From positions 1-64,000 of the IMG/VR virus record IMGVR_UViG_3300031718_000001: a stretch of DNA of 64,000 bases, one strand, 5' to 3'. The DNA comes from a virus. Under the pieces are notes generated by a model, which was not told where the DNA came from, did no database searches, and saw only the letters and a program-made list of their open reading frames with translations. Both the position numbers and the translations under genes were made by a program. Below are positions 27,725-37,534 of this stretch, piece after piece. The number at the start of each line of letters is the position of its first letter. Position 1 is the stretch's first letter.

Positions 27725-29163
27725 GTGCTCAATGCTGCCCTTATCGCCTCGCCGAAAGCACGCGCGACCGGAGGCGGGAATGCGTTGCCGACCTGCCGGT
27801 AGGCGGCCGTCTTGCGTCCGGAGAACGCCCAGTCGTCCGGGAACCCCTGGAGCCGGGCGACCATCCGGATAGTCAGCCGGGGCACATGGTCCGCGGGCGC
27901 GTCAGGTCCGGGTGCTTCCTCGGCTATCGAGCCGCCGTTGACGCCCAGGGCCTTCCAGGCGGCGCGAGCCCGCGTCGGGCCGAGATCCGGGCCGCCGTGC
28001 TTCTTGGATCCGCCCACGATCGTCGGGGCGACGCTGTTGGCTCCCAGCGCCCATTCGCAGGCGCCTTCCCATCCGCGAGCGGCCATGAGGTCGTACAGGG
28101 TCGTGCTGACGGACGAGTTCATGCCGGCCGTCCCGGCCGGCCAGGTGAACCGGTCGCAGTACCGCATCTTCAGGGCGACGAGAACGACCCGGGGCCGCAA
28201 CTGGGGAACTCCGTAGTCGCAGGACCGGATGGTCTTCCACTGCACGGCATAGCCCAGGTGCCCCAGCTCGGCGGTGATCTCCTGGCGGTAGGACCTGAAC
28301 CGGGCCTGAGCGAGACCCGGCACGTTCTCCAGCATCACAGCCCGCGGCCGGGTCTCGTGGACGAGGCGCACCGCCTCCTGGAACAGGTCACGGTCGTCAC
28401 CGGCTCCGAGCTGCTTGCCGCCGACGGAGAACGGCTGGCACGGCACGCCGCCCGCCAGCAGGTCGATGCCCGTGCCGAGCGGGCCGCGGAATTGGCGGCC
28501 GTCGAGGTCCCTGATGTCGCCCTCGATCACCTTCCAGCCGGGCCTGTTGGCGCGCAGCGTATTGCAGGCGTCCGGGTCGATCTCGGCGATGGCCAGATGC
28601 TCGAACCCGGCCTGCTCCAGGCCGAGGGCCTGTCCCCCGGCACCCCCGCAGATCTCCAGGACGCGGAGCTGCGTGCCCATTCTGCGGGCCTTCCGTACGC
28701 GCATGCTCGCGAGCAGCTCGTCTGTCTGGAAATCGGCGATGACCTCGCGGCCATGGACCGGGCTGAGCGCCACCGAGGTGACGCCCTCCTTGGCAAGGGC
28801 GCGGATCACCGAGCGGCCGGCGCTGCGGGATGCACTCACCCAGCCCTGGCCGGGGATGAAGTAGGCGCTGATGAAGACCTGGTGGGTGCCGAAGTACTCG
28901 CGGACGACCGGAGCGGTCTGCTCGTAGAGCTGGCCGACGAACATCGTCTTGCAGCGGTCCCGGTCCTGCTGGGTGCGGGTGCGCTTCCACACGGAGTCGC
29001 GGGACCAGCCGTGCGCGGCGAGGTGCCACTTGCCCTCGTAGTCCTGGATGATGCCGGCGGTGTCGTAGCCGCCGCTGGTCCGCTCGGTCACCTCGGTGCC
29101 GTCGGGTGCGGTGATCACCAGCGTCTTCAGGATCCTGGTGGGGCTGCTGTTGGTTCCGCTCAT
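27721..29163 (-). CDS. dcm: C5 cytosine DNA methyltransferase (M.NaeI/M.NgoMIV-like) with an in-frame 161-aa N-terminal domain; MTase domain begins at ATG 28680
   Basis: EICGGAGG, GGVPCQPFS, ENVPG, QLRPR, RLQGFP, QVGNAFPP; TRD GGSKKHGGPDLGPTRAR. Confidence 0.9.
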   Translation of the reverse strand: MSGTNSSPTRILKTLVITAPDGTEVTERTSGGYDTAGIIQDYEGKWHLAAHGWSRDSVWKRTRTQQDRDRCKTMFVGQLYEQTAPVVREYFGTHQVFISAYFIPGQGWVSASRSAGRSVIRALAKEGVTSVALSPVHGREVIADFQTDELLASMRVRKARRMGTQLRVLEICGGAGGQALGLEQAGFEHLAIAEIDPDACNTLRANRPGWKVIEGDIRDLDGRQFRGPLGTGIDLLAGGVPCQPFSVGGKQLGAGDDRDLFQEAVRLVHETRPRAVMLENVPGLAQARFRSYRQEITAELGHLGYAVQWKTIRSCDYGVPQLRPRVVLVALKMRYCDRFTWPAGTAGMNSSVSTTLYDLMAARGWEGACEWALGANSVAPTIVGGSKKHGGPDLGPTRARAAWKALGVNGGSIAEEAPGPDAPADHVPRLTIRMVARLQGFPDDWAFSGRKTAAYRQVGNAFPPPVARAFGEAIRAALST

Positions 29164-29199
29164 CGCGCGCTCCTCGCTGTCTGGTTCCTTGCTAAGACG

Positions 29200-29228
29200 A
29201 CAATAGCAAGAAACCCTGTATCGTGCAA
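29200..29228 (-). promoter_or_regulatory. promoter for the MTase operon
   Basis: TTGCAC-17-TATTGT with element. Confidence 0.7.
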
Positions 29229-29235
29229 ACAAGGG

Positions 29236-29276
29236 CGGCCCGCAGCGGAGGCGGGTGTCTCCTGCTGCGGGCCGCG
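29236..29276. terminator. strong hairpin, probable terminator upstream of a promoter
   Basis: GCGGCCCGCAG...CTGCGGGCCGC inverted repeat. Confidence 0.55.
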
Positions 29277-29288
29277 GCTTGAGGGTAG

Positions 29289-29867
29289 CTAGATGATCGG
29301 GTTGATGGACCAGCCGGCCCGGATCCAGCGGCCGGGGTTCCACCTGTGCCGCAGCTCGTGCCGCAGGATCTCAGCGGCCAGGGCCTGGTCGTTGGCGTCG
29401 GAGAACGGCCGGTAGAAGATGTAGCCGTCCCTGGCCACCCAGTAGTTGGACTTGACCCGGTTGCACCGCGCGCACAGGATCGTCAGGTTCCACAGCGCGC
29501 TGAGCCCGCCCCGGCTCCACGGCTTGACGTGATCGATCTGGAGATGCTCGGGCGATCCGCAGTAGCAGCAGCGGTACCGGTCGGCAGCCATGACCGCGCG
29601 CTTGAGCCAGGCGTGCCAGCCCGGCCGGCTCTTGCCGTGCCGCCACCAGATCCTGGTCCTGTCGGGGATGAGCAGCAGGGGCAGCGAGTGAATGGAGACC
29701 AGCGCCCCCGGCGTCATCACGCCCAGGACCAGGGCCGGCAGGAAGAACAGGCCGAAGCCCACGCCTGCGGCCGGCTCGTGCAGGTCGATCCACCCCCATA
29801 CGGCCGCCAGGGGCAGCACGGAGGACGACAGTGGCATGACCGGGCTGTTCCGGCGGCGGGCGCTCAT
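29289..29867 (-). CDS. HNH endonuclease with N-terminal hydrophobic (TM) segments
   Basis: CCYCG..LQIDHVKPWSRGG..NL..LC..CN..K. Confidence 0.85.
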   Translation of the reverse strand: MSARRRNSPVMPLSSSVLPLAAVWGWIDLHEPAAGVGFGLFFLPALVLGVMTPGALVSIHSLPLLLIPDRTRIWWRHGKSRPGWHAWLKRAVMAADRYRCCYCGSPEHLQIDHVKPWSRGGLSALWNLTILCARCNRVKSNYWVARDGYIFYRPFSDANDQALAAEILRHELRHRWNPGRWIRAGWSINPII

Positions 29868-30418
29868 ATCGACCCCACGAACGTCGCCAGGCGGCCGATG
29901 GCCCAGAGGATCCAGTTGACTATGGCGCCTACGTCATGGCCCGCCTGGACGGGGTTCTTGGTGATCCAGACGATCACGATGATCCAGAAGATCAGCCAGA
30001 GCAGGGTGCGGAGTTCAAAAAACATGGTCATGCTCCATCGGGTTCAGTGAGACGCCGGGACCTGCTCATCGCTGGTCGATCCCGTCTGCGAGGGCGCCCA
30101 GCTCGCGGCCGAGCGCCAGGTCGAAATCAGTGACCGCCCCGGACGGGGCGCCCACTCCCAGCAGCTCGGCCGAGCGGTTGCGCAGCACGGTGACGATCGC
30201 CGGGAGGGTGACGCAGCCGCGCCTTACCGCGGCCGTCACCTCGCGCTCAGCCGCGAGCTGGGCATGCAGGTCGAGAACCGATTCGGTGAGCTGGGTCACC
30301 TGACGGATCAGCACGGCCAGGTCATCCTGGGACGCCGCCCCGTTGATCTCGCCCACGTAGTGGTCATGGACATCGCTGGCTGCGCCCACCTCGTAATGGG
30401 CGTGGCTGTGCTCCTCGG

Positions 30419-30766
30419 TCATGACTCCAGCTCCTGGCCGAGGTAGCGCAGCCCGTAGTTCTGGCCCCGCTTGCACGGGATCCAGTACCCCTTGACGGTG
30501 CCCTCGGTGATGACGGCCGTCCTGATCAGGTCGAGCACCTCCGCCATGAACATGGGCCAGCAGCGGGCGAGGTCGTCCTTCAGGCGGAAATACGCCGCGG
30601 AGCGCCCGCGCATGGTGTCCAGAATGGTCAGCTCGGCTTGGAAAGGCTCCGGGTCACGCCATGCAGCGGCCTGGTCGTATGCCCAGGCACCTGGCCGGGG
30701 GTCGGCCCAGTGCAGCAGGGCACCGTCCTCGCCGAACGGGACCTGGTAGGTAGGACGCTTCGCCAT
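30419..30766 (-). CDS. hypothetical phage protein (probably leaderless)
   Basis: ATG 7 nt after -10 TAAAGT; RGRSAAYF and KRGQNYG motifs. Confidence 0.6.
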   Translation of the reverse strand: MAKRPTYQVPFGEDGALLHWADPRPGAWAYDQAAAWRDPEPFQAELTILDTMRGRSAAYFRLKDDLARCWPMFMAEVLDLIRTAVITEGTVKGYWIPCKRGQNYGLRYLGQELES

Positions 30767-30771
30767 GATTC

Positions 30772-31044
30772 TCACTTTACAGGGTTTCTTGCTAATGAGC
30801 CAATAGGTTCGGGCCGGGCAGTTTCCGCGGTCCCGGCCGCCAGCATGCCGTTCAGCTTGCCCGGCGGGTACTCGCGCCCTTCCATGCCGGTGACGCCGAA
30901 TGCGTCGAAGGCAGCGAACGGATCCACCTCAGCCGCCAGGCGCCGGGCATCAGGCACGCGCTGATCGGCCTCTTCCTTGGTGTCATACGGGCCGAGCAGC
31001 CGGCCCACCCGCGCACTGCGCATGATCGTGACGTAGTACTTCAC
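30772..31044 (-). CDS. hypothetical protein
   Basis: SD AGGAGG before GTG; codon bias. Confidence 0.55.
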   Translation of the reverse strand: MKYYVTIMRSARVGRLLGPYDTKEEADQRVPDARRLAAEVDPFAAFDAFGVTGMEGREYPPGKLNGMLAAGTAETARPEPIGSLARNPVK

Positions 31045-31551
31045 CTGTGCCTCCTGCTGTGCGGGCAGTTCCCTGGCTGGCGGTGCCTGATCTTCTTCGG
31101 CCGCTCCGGGTACAGCCCCCACGAGGTGGAGCGAGCCCAGCACTCGACGCAGTAGCCGTGCTCCTCGGCCTCGGCCGCGAACGCGGTGCAGGTGTCTATG
31201 CGCGCCTGGTCGGCGCCCTCCTCGATCGCCCTGGCCAGCCACGCGCGCTGCGTGCCCGCCTCGTCGTGACGCGCCTGCTCCAGGCCTGCCAGGACAGCTT
31301 GCTGTTCCACTAGGTTCTCCCTGCTCGCCTGGCCAGGTAGCGGCCCAGCAGCTCGCCGGGCCACTGCCAGGGTGGCTTTTCTCGTGTCTGGCGCGGCGGT
31401 ACGCCGCCTGCCGCCTGCCGGTGGCCGCACCCGGTGCAGCGCGGCTCGGTCCATTTTGTCCACAGAGGCGCATTGCAGCATGGGCTCATAACCACCACGA
31501 TGCCAGCCGCCACCCGGGCGCTGGCGCCCCGGCAGCGGCTGGGTGGCTTGC

Positions 31552-32469
31552 TCATGCCGCGTAGCTCGCGTAGACCGAGTACTGGCCGAAGGCCCAGGTG
31601 ATGTCGTTCTCCTCGTCGCGCACAGCCGTGGCCCAGGCGCTGATCGCGTCCTGCCACTTCGGGGCCTTGCCCAGGCTAGCCAGCTCCTCGATCGCCGTGG
31701 CGACTTCCTCGCGGGCGTGGCCGGCCACTGGCTGGAACTTGTCGCCCAGGGCGCGCATCCCGGCGTAGCGGCGCTCCTGCGGAGTCTCCTTGCGGGGCAG
31801 CTCAGCCTTTGCCTCGCGAGCCAGCCGGCTCGTCTCCCTGGCCTGCTCGGCCAGCTCCCTGGCGGCCTGGCGCTCGGCCCTCTCGGCGTCGCGCTGCTCG
31901 CGGGTGATCTCGCGCAGCGAGCGGCAGTGCTCGACAGGCGCGTCGGGGAAGCACACCGAGCACAGCCGCGGGCCGAGGTTCTCCGGCTTGATCGCCTCGG
32001 CCACCGTCAGCCCGGACAGGTCGGTCGCCCACCCCATCGAGGTGGCCTTGCCGTTGCGGTGGATGGTCGGGCACGAGTTCAGCGAGACGTGGATGTGGCC
32101 GTCAGCGTTCAGGCAGGGGAAGTAGCGGGTCCAGCCGTGAGCGCGCCAGGTGGCCTCCATGGCATCGCTCAGGGCGTCCAGCCGGGCGATCTCGTGCAGC
32201 AGCTCGGTGTCGCGAGCCAAGGCATCGGAGGGGCGGGCACCGTAGCTCAGGTCCTTCTCATCGCCCTGGGCGACGAGGCGGGCTATGACTTCCATGACCT
32301 CGGCCCAGCTCAACTGCCAGACCTGGCTCTTGCCGATCCAGCGCTTGCGGTCCCCGGCCATGCGGTGCATCCGGTCGCGTCCGGCGAAGAGCTTGTCGCG
32401 GGTGTCGCTGGCCTGGCAGATGATCGCGTACTGCCTGGCGTCGTGCTCGGCCGGGATGATCTCTGGCAT
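31552..32469 (-). CDS. hypothetical protein (H...C ... CSVCFPDAP zinc motif)
   Basis: promoter and SD upstream; codon bias. Confidence 0.7.
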   Translation of the reverse strand: MPEIIPAEHDARQYAIICQASDTRDKLFAGRDRMHRMAGDRKRWIGKSQVWQLSWAEVMEVIARLVAQGDEKDLSYGARPSDALARDTELLHEIARLDALSDAMEATWRAHGWTRYFPCLNADGHIHVSLNSCPTIHRNGKATSMGWATDLSGLTVAEAIKPENLGPRLCSVCFPDAPVEHCRSLREITREQRDAERAERQAARELAEQARETSRLAREAKAELPRKETPQERRYAGMRALGDKFQPVAGHAREEVATAIEELASLGKAPKWQDAISAWATAVRDEENDITWAFGQYSVYASYAA

Positions 32470-32505
32470 CTGGTGCTCCCTCGCTGTCGTTCCCTTGCAA
32501 GACCA

Positions 32506-32534
32506 ACAATAGCAAGAAAAGCTGTATTGAGCAA
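32506..32534 (-). promoter_or_regulatory. sigma70-like promoter with element
   Basis: TTGCTC-17-TATTGT. Confidence 0.7.
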
Positions 32535-32535
32535 A

Positions 32536-32793
32536 TCAGCGCGCTGTAATCTCCGAGATCGCACGGTCGAGCGCCCGTTCGCGCTTGGCGTGGTTGCGGC
32601 ACCAGGAGGAGCAGTAGCGTTCGCGCGGCCCGAGCTGGTCCGTCGCGGGGATGGTGCCTTCGGAGATCATCTTGGAGCGGGTCTCGCGCACAACGTCCAA
32701 GTCCTCAAAGCAGTTCCGGCAGTGCCGGTCACACTGGCAGTGGTAGTCGTGGAAGCCGCCGGGTATCCCGTACATCCAGATCGTCTCGGCCAT
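32536..32793 (-). CDS. small Cys-rich protein
   Basis: CRNC...YCSSWC. Confidence 0.5.
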   Translation of the reverse strand: MAETIWMYGIPGGFHDYHCQCDRHCRNCFEDLDVVRETRSKMISEGTIPATDQLGPRERYCSSWCRNHAKRERALDRAISEITAR

Positions 32794-32991
32794 CAGTGCA
32801 CCGGGTACTTCGGCGAGTTCTTGAGGTAGTAGGTGTGGGCGCCGCTCCTGCTGCGGTAGCGCTGGAGGTTGGCCCGTGCGGCGGTCAGGAACTGCGCCCT
32901 GGTGATGTGCAGCACGTCGCAGTAGAACGAGGCGGAATAGCCCTCGAAGAGCGTTACAGCGGCGATCACGCGCTCGGCTATGGTTTGCATC

Positions 32992-33963
32992 TCAGCAGTT
33001 CCAGGACTTGGCCACGGCAACCTCGCCGCGGGCAGTGAGGGCTTCGGCCTCGGCGATGATGTCGCGCATCGTGAAGTCGCGGCCGAAGGTGTGACCCATC
33101 TTCTCTTCGGCCTCGGCCCGCTTGACGGCGCCATCGGGGTCGAGCTGCGCGGCCCGGACCAGGGCCTTGCGGCCGGCCAGGACGCAGAACCGGCAGGACA
33201 GCCTGGGCATCCCGGCGTCGTACACCCAGTGATGCCGGACCCCGCTGGCCTTGATGTCGGCCCACACCTGGTGCTCGGTGAGGCCGTGAATCGGCAGCCA
33301 GTTGTCGCAGTCCTTAACGGTCTCGTTGGTGACGCGCTTGTTCTTCTCGAAGGAGACGAGCTTCGCCCTGGCAGGGCTCTCCTGGGCGCGCATCCCCATG
33401 CAGTTCAGGATGCGTACGCGGCGGACGCGGGCCTTGCAACCTTTGGGAAGCATCGCCTTCCACGCGCTGCGCAGCTCGTCGCACAGCATGGTGATCACGG
33501 TGCCGATCGGGTCGCGCTTCATGTCAGAAGTGCAGAAGCGGTTTTCGAGGTTTGGCCACTTGCCGTGGTTGATGATGTGCTGGAGGAGCGTGATAGGTGC
33601 GTCGTTGTTCTCGCCCTTCTGCACCTTGATGAACCGCACGCCATAGTGCGCGGCGTGCTCCCGGGCCAGCTCCTCGGTGCCCGCCCACTCGTCCTCGGCA
33701 CCTAGGTCGGCGAAGACGCAGACGATCTTGCGACGGTCTAGTCCAAGGATGTCCACCAGGCGCATGAACAGCCGGAGCATCGTCTGGGAATCCTTGCCGC
33801 CGGAAATGTTCAGCACGTACAGGTCGTAGGTGGGCAGCATCAGCAGGTCGAGCCCGGCTAGCGTGGCCGCCGCGAAGATGCTCTCTATCTCAGCGATGAG
33901 TTCGAGGTCAATCGCCTGCGCGATGATCTTGTCGGTGATCTTCGGGTAAGTGGTGCTGCTCAC
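32992..33963 (-). CDS. PAPS-reductase-like adenine nucleotide alpha hydrolase
   Basis: NISGGKDS PP-loop, RFCTSDMK, GMRAQESPAR, WLPI, RLSCRFC. Confidence 0.85.
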   Translation of the reverse strand: MSSTTYPKITDKIIAQAIDLELIAEIESIFAAATLAGLDLLMLPTYDLYVLNISGGKDSQTMLRLFMRLVDILGLDRRKIVCVFADLGAEDEWAGTEELAREHAAHYGVRFIKVQKGENNDAPITLLQHIINHGKWPNLENRFCTSDMKRDPIGTVITMLCDELRSAWKAMLPKGCKARVRRVRILNCMGMRAQESPARAKLVSFEKNKRVTNETVKDCDNWLPIHGLTEHQVWADIKASGVRHHWVYDAGMPRLSCRFCVLAGRKALVRAAQLDPDGAVKRAEAEEKMGHTFGRDFTMRDIIAEAEALTARGEVAVAKSWNC

Positions 33964-33998
33964 TCGCTGCCTCCTGGCTGTCGTTCCTTGCAAGACCT

Positions 33999-34027
33999 AC
34001 ATTAGCAAGAAAAGCTGTATTCACCAA
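33999..34027 (-). promoter_or_regulatory. promoter for the PAPS-reductase-like gene
   Basis: TTGGTG-17-TAATGT with element. Confidence 0.7.
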
Positions 34028-34028
34028 A

Positions 34029-34466
34029 TCAGAGTGACCAGTAGCCGTAGACGCAGCGGAGGCCGTCGCGCCGGGGATCGGCGATGTCGTAGACCACCCC
34101 GTCGATGACCGCCGCGTAGTGGCGGCTCAGTGAGACGATGATGCGCCCGGCAGGCAGCTCATCGGCTCGCAGGTGGACCTTGCATCCCTGGCCGACCAGC
34201 ATGGTCGGCGTCCAGGTGAAGCCGAGCGATGCCATGTAGTCCTTGAACCACTTGCGACTCACGTTGATCCCGTTGCTGGCGCTGCGGTGCCCGCTGATGC
34301 CGTAGCTGCGGCTCGTCTTGCGCTCCCGCGCGCACCCCTCGGCGAGCGCGTCATAGACCTGGGGATAGGGCAGTCCGGTGACGATGGCTATGGCCCGGGT
34401 CACGCAGTCGCTGGTGAGGCTTCCCCATCCCGCGGCGCTCCGGCCGCCGTCGTTGTACCTGTACAT
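34029..34466 (-). CDS. conserved phage hypothetical protein (possible Cys-His-Asp peptidase-like fold)
   Basis: DCVTRAIA..SRHYAAVIDG..D..RCVYGYW. Confidence 0.55.
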   Translation of the reverse strand: MYRYNDGGRSAAGWGSLTSDCVTRAIAIVTGLPYPQVYDALAEGCARERKTSRSYGISGHRSASNGINVSRKWFKDYMASLGFTWTPTMLVGQGCKVHLRADELPAGRIIVSLSRHYAAVIDGVVYDIADPRRDGLRCVYGYWSL

Positions 34467-34468
34467 GA

Positions 34469-35397
34469 TCAGTCCTGGACCCAGCCCTGGTCACGGACGT
34501 AGCCCGCCAGCTCGCGCCAGTTCTCGCTGACGGCCGTGAGCACGGCCCGGTCGCCTTCCATCTCGTCGTGGTCGATGTCCCACTGGCCGCGGTCGAGGTG
34601 CTCCAGGATCTTTCCCTCGATCAGCGCGTCCAGGGTGGGCGGGTCCAGGGCGTCCAGCTCCCAGGACAGGTCGCCGTACTCGGCGATGTAGTCGTTCGCC
34701 CGGCTGTCGGTGACCTTGGCGTAGTTCGGGGGCGGGTTGTACGCCTCCACCTGGTCCATGTTCAGCGCGATGCGGTCGATCTCGACACTCGACCCGAAGG
34801 TGTACAGCCGGTCGCCGATGTCGCGGGTCATGTCGATCCCGCTGGGGTCGTGGTCGCCCAGGTGGATGATGAGGCACTTCTTGCCGGTGCGCTCCTGCTT
34901 GCGCAGCCGCATGGCGGCTCGCCACATCTCGGACTGGCTGACGTAGCCGCGGCACGAGAAGTACGGCACCAGCCAGCGGTCGGCCGGGCGGGACACCACG
35001 TCGGCCAGGCCTCCTTCTCGACCCACACCTCGACATACCACGCCTGGTTGTTCCACAGATGCGTGCGGTACTGCGCGGCGACCGCATCGACGATGGACTC
35101 CGGATCGTCCCACATGGCCAGTTGGGCGAGGTTGCGGGTGCGGTCCTCCAGGTGGTTCCAGTCGATCAGGCCAGCCAGCCGGGCATCATTGACGATCGAG
35201 CCCAGGCGCTTGTAGCTCTGGATGTTGTTGGTCAGCCAGTCGCGGCTGACGAACTGGTAGTAGAGCTGCCGCAGGGTGAGGTTGTATCCCTGGGCCGCGT
35301 AGTCCTCGCAGATCTGGGCGGCGCGCTCGATTACCTCCATCGAGCCGGCCGAGAACCTGGTGTCTGCGTACTTGATCTTCGGCATGATGGTCTCCAT
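34469..35397 (-). pseudogene. Topo VI-A/DUF2399-like Toprim protein, interrupted by a 1-nt deletion near 35008
   Basis: LTLRQLYYQ..VEVWVEKEA in one frame continues as LADVV..RGY.S..GDHDPSG..WELDAL in another. Confidence 0.75.
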
Positions 35398-35402
35398 TCG
35401 GT

Positions 35403-36197
35403 TCAGTCGAGAGAAGCCACTGTCTCGGCACGCCAGTTAAGGGCGTACTCCAGGCAGTTGTTGCAGTGCTGATGGGTGTGTCCCTCGATCGGGGGCTCAT
35501 AGCGCGCGTCGAACGACCAGGCGGCCGAGTCCGCGCTCACGAGCATGCGGCCGTACATCGGCAGGCCGGTGCGCTTCACGCCGAATCCGTGCAGCCGCAG
35601 GTGCGACAGCTCGGTGACGATCCGCAGGATGCTTGTCGTGTTCGAGCGCCGGCAGATGCTGCCCAGGCCGACCACGGGGAACGTGGTGAGGTCGAAGCCG
35701 GCGTCCTTGTACATCTCCTCGTGCCGCAGGTACTCATAGCCTGCCCAGCCCTGGAGCACGGGGATGACCGGGCACGGCCCGTCGCCGACCTGCGGCCACA
35801 GCTCCAGGGCCTGGACGTAATTCTCGATGGTGAGGTGCTGGTGGACGTACGTGCTGAACCCGGTGGCCCGCCTGATGTTCTCCTCGCACATGTAGTCCAT
35901 GGGGGAAGCCCATTTGAGCTGGCCGATCTGGTCCTGGTATCTCGCCACCCGCTCCAGGTACTCCAGCACGGTGAACCGCCAGCCAGGCGGCGAGCCGAAG
36001 GTATGCAGGCGCTGCTCGTCCGTGTGCTTGAGCTGCATGAAGCCGCCCGAGTCGAGCGCCCACGGGCCGAGAGCCCTGGGCAGCGTAGCGCGCCCGGACA
36101 GGTTCTGGTCAGCCACGAACAGGGGCACGTCCGTCCTCGCGAGGAAGAACGGCTTGTGCGTGGTGAGCATGAACTCGCAGGGCGCGAAGCTGCCCAT
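35403..36197 (-). CDS. queuine tRNA-ribosyltransferase-like (TGT/DpdA-like) protein
   Basis: WALDSGGF, PMDYMCE, PVLQG, VGLGSICRR, LHGFGVK, SADSAAWS; C-terminal CNNC. Confidence 0.8.
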   Translation of the reverse strand: MGSFAPCEFMLTTHKPFFLARTDVPLFVADQNLSGRATLPRALGPWALDSGGFMQLKHTDEQRLHTFGSPPGWRFTVLEYLERVARYQDQIGQLKWASPMDYMCEENIRRATGFSTYVHQHLTIENYVQALELWPQVGDGPCPVIPVLQGWAGYEYLRHEEMYKDAGFDLTTFPVVGLGSICRRSNTTSILRIVTELSHLRLHGFGVKRTGLPMYGRMLVSADSAAWSFDARYEPPIEGHTHQHCNNCLEYALNWRAETVASLD

Positions 36198-36232
36198 CTG
36201 CCCTCCAGTGCTATCGGTTCCTTGCAATGCCT

Positions 36233-36261
36233 ACATTAGCAAGAAGCCCTGTATTGAGCAA
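36233..36261 (-). promoter_or_regulatory. promoter for the TGT-like operon
   Basis: TTGCTC-17-TAATGT with element. Confidence 0.7.
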
Positions 36262-36300
36262 ATCAGGGTCCGGCCGCCGTCCAGCCGGTAGCTTGCTGGG

Positions 36301-37494
36301 ATGACAATCGCCACGCCGCTGAGCACGTCATCCCGCTGGATCGTGGACAGGAACGGCAACCGGGTCAAGCTGGCCGGGGCCAACTGGGCCGGAGCCCACG
36401 AGGACCTGATGGTGCCCGGCGGCCTCGACCGCCTGAACCGGTCGGCTATCGCCGGGCAGCTTGCGGCGTGGGGCTTCAACTCGGTCAGGTTCCCCTTCGC
36501 CGGCTCGACCGTCCAGGACACGGCACCCGTGATCCCCGCGGCCGTGGCCGCGAACCCGGACCTCGTTGGCATGACGCCATGGCAGGTCTACCAGGCCTGC
36601 GTAGCTTCGCTGACGGCCGCGGGCATCATGGTGATACCGAACTTCCACCTTCTCTACCGGGGGTGGTGCTGCTCACTTTCCGATACCAATGGCCTGTGGT
36701 GGAACAGCAACTGGTCATATTCGACGTTCCTGTCGATATGGCAGCAGGTGGCCACGGCGTTCGCGGGCAACCCGCTGGTCATCGGATTCGATATCAAGAA
36801 CGAGCCGCGGCAGGCGACGATCAACGGCCAGGTCCTCAACCCGAGCTGGGGCGACGGCAACACCGAGACCGACTTCCGCTGGCTCTACCAGCAGGCCGGC
36901 GATGCGATCCTGAAGATCGACCCGGCCGCGCTGATCTTCTGCGAGGGCATCAACAGCTCGGGCAACCTGACCGGAGTGGCCAGCTACCCGGTCCAGCTCA
37001 GCTCGCCCGGCCACGTTGTCTACAGCATCCATGACTACCCGCAAGGATGGCCCGCCACTGAGACCCAGGCCGCGTACATCGCGAGCCAGCACAGTAACGC
37101 CGGGTACATCACGAACACGGGAGAGCCGTACACCAGCCCGCTATGGGTCGGCGAGTTCGGGGTGGCGAACGACTCTATGGCCGCCATCGGCGCCGGGCCG
37201 GTGAGCTACGGCGACGGCCTGGGAGCCGGCCCGGTCAGCCAGTCCTACGGTAACTGGTGGTCGAACTTCCTCGCCTGGGCCTACGAGCGGGCTGACCTCG
37301 ACTGGTGCTGCTGGCACCTGAGCGGGACGCATGTCCAGGGTACGACCCCCTCGACCAACCAGCTCCAGTACAACCTGGGGGACAGGTGCTGGGACGGGCT
37401 CTATGCCCAGGACTGGAGCGGCCCCGCTAATCCCGCGGTGATCGAGGCGCTCCAGGCGATCATGGCGCCGATCTCGGGGCCGGGGGTCAGCTAG
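36301..37494 (+). CDS. glycoside hydrolase family 5 (cellulase superfamily)
   Basis: GANWAG, GFNSVRFPF, catalytic NEP, YSIHDY, nucleophile VGEFG, WCCW. Confidence 0.9.
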   Translation: MTIATPLSTSSRWIVDRNGNRVKLAGANWAGAHEDLMVPGGLDRLNRSAIAGQLAAWGFNSVRFPFAGSTVQDTAPVIPAAVAANPDLVGMTPWQVYQACVASLTAAGIMVIPNFHLLYRGWCCSLSDTNGLWWNSNWSYSTFLSIWQQVATAFAGNPLVIGFDIKNEPRQATINGQVLNPSWGDGNTETDFRWLYQQAGDAILKIDPAALIFCEGINSSGNLTGVASYPVQLSSPGHVVYSIHDYPQGWPATETQAAYIASQHSNAGYITNTGEPYTSPLWVGEFGVANDSMAAIGAGPVSYGDGLGAGPVSQSYGNWWSNFLAWAYERADLDWCCWHLSGTHVQGTTPSTNQLQYNLGDRCWDGLYAQDWSGPANPAVIEALQAIMAPISGPGVS

Positions 37495-37499
37495 GAGCT

Positions 37500-37526
37500 G
37501 GCGACCGCGCCCCTGCGGCGGTCGCC
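37500..37526. terminator. hairpin between convergent genes
   Basis: GGCGACCGC...GCGGTCGCC. Confidence 0.5.
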
Positions 37527-37534
37527 CTCCCGGC

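Noticed and set aside
32992-33963. CysH-type sulfur-assimilation auxiliary metabolic gene
   Set aside because: Only the shared PP-loop scaffold is evident, no sulfur pathway genes are nearby, and the context favours nucleic-acid modification
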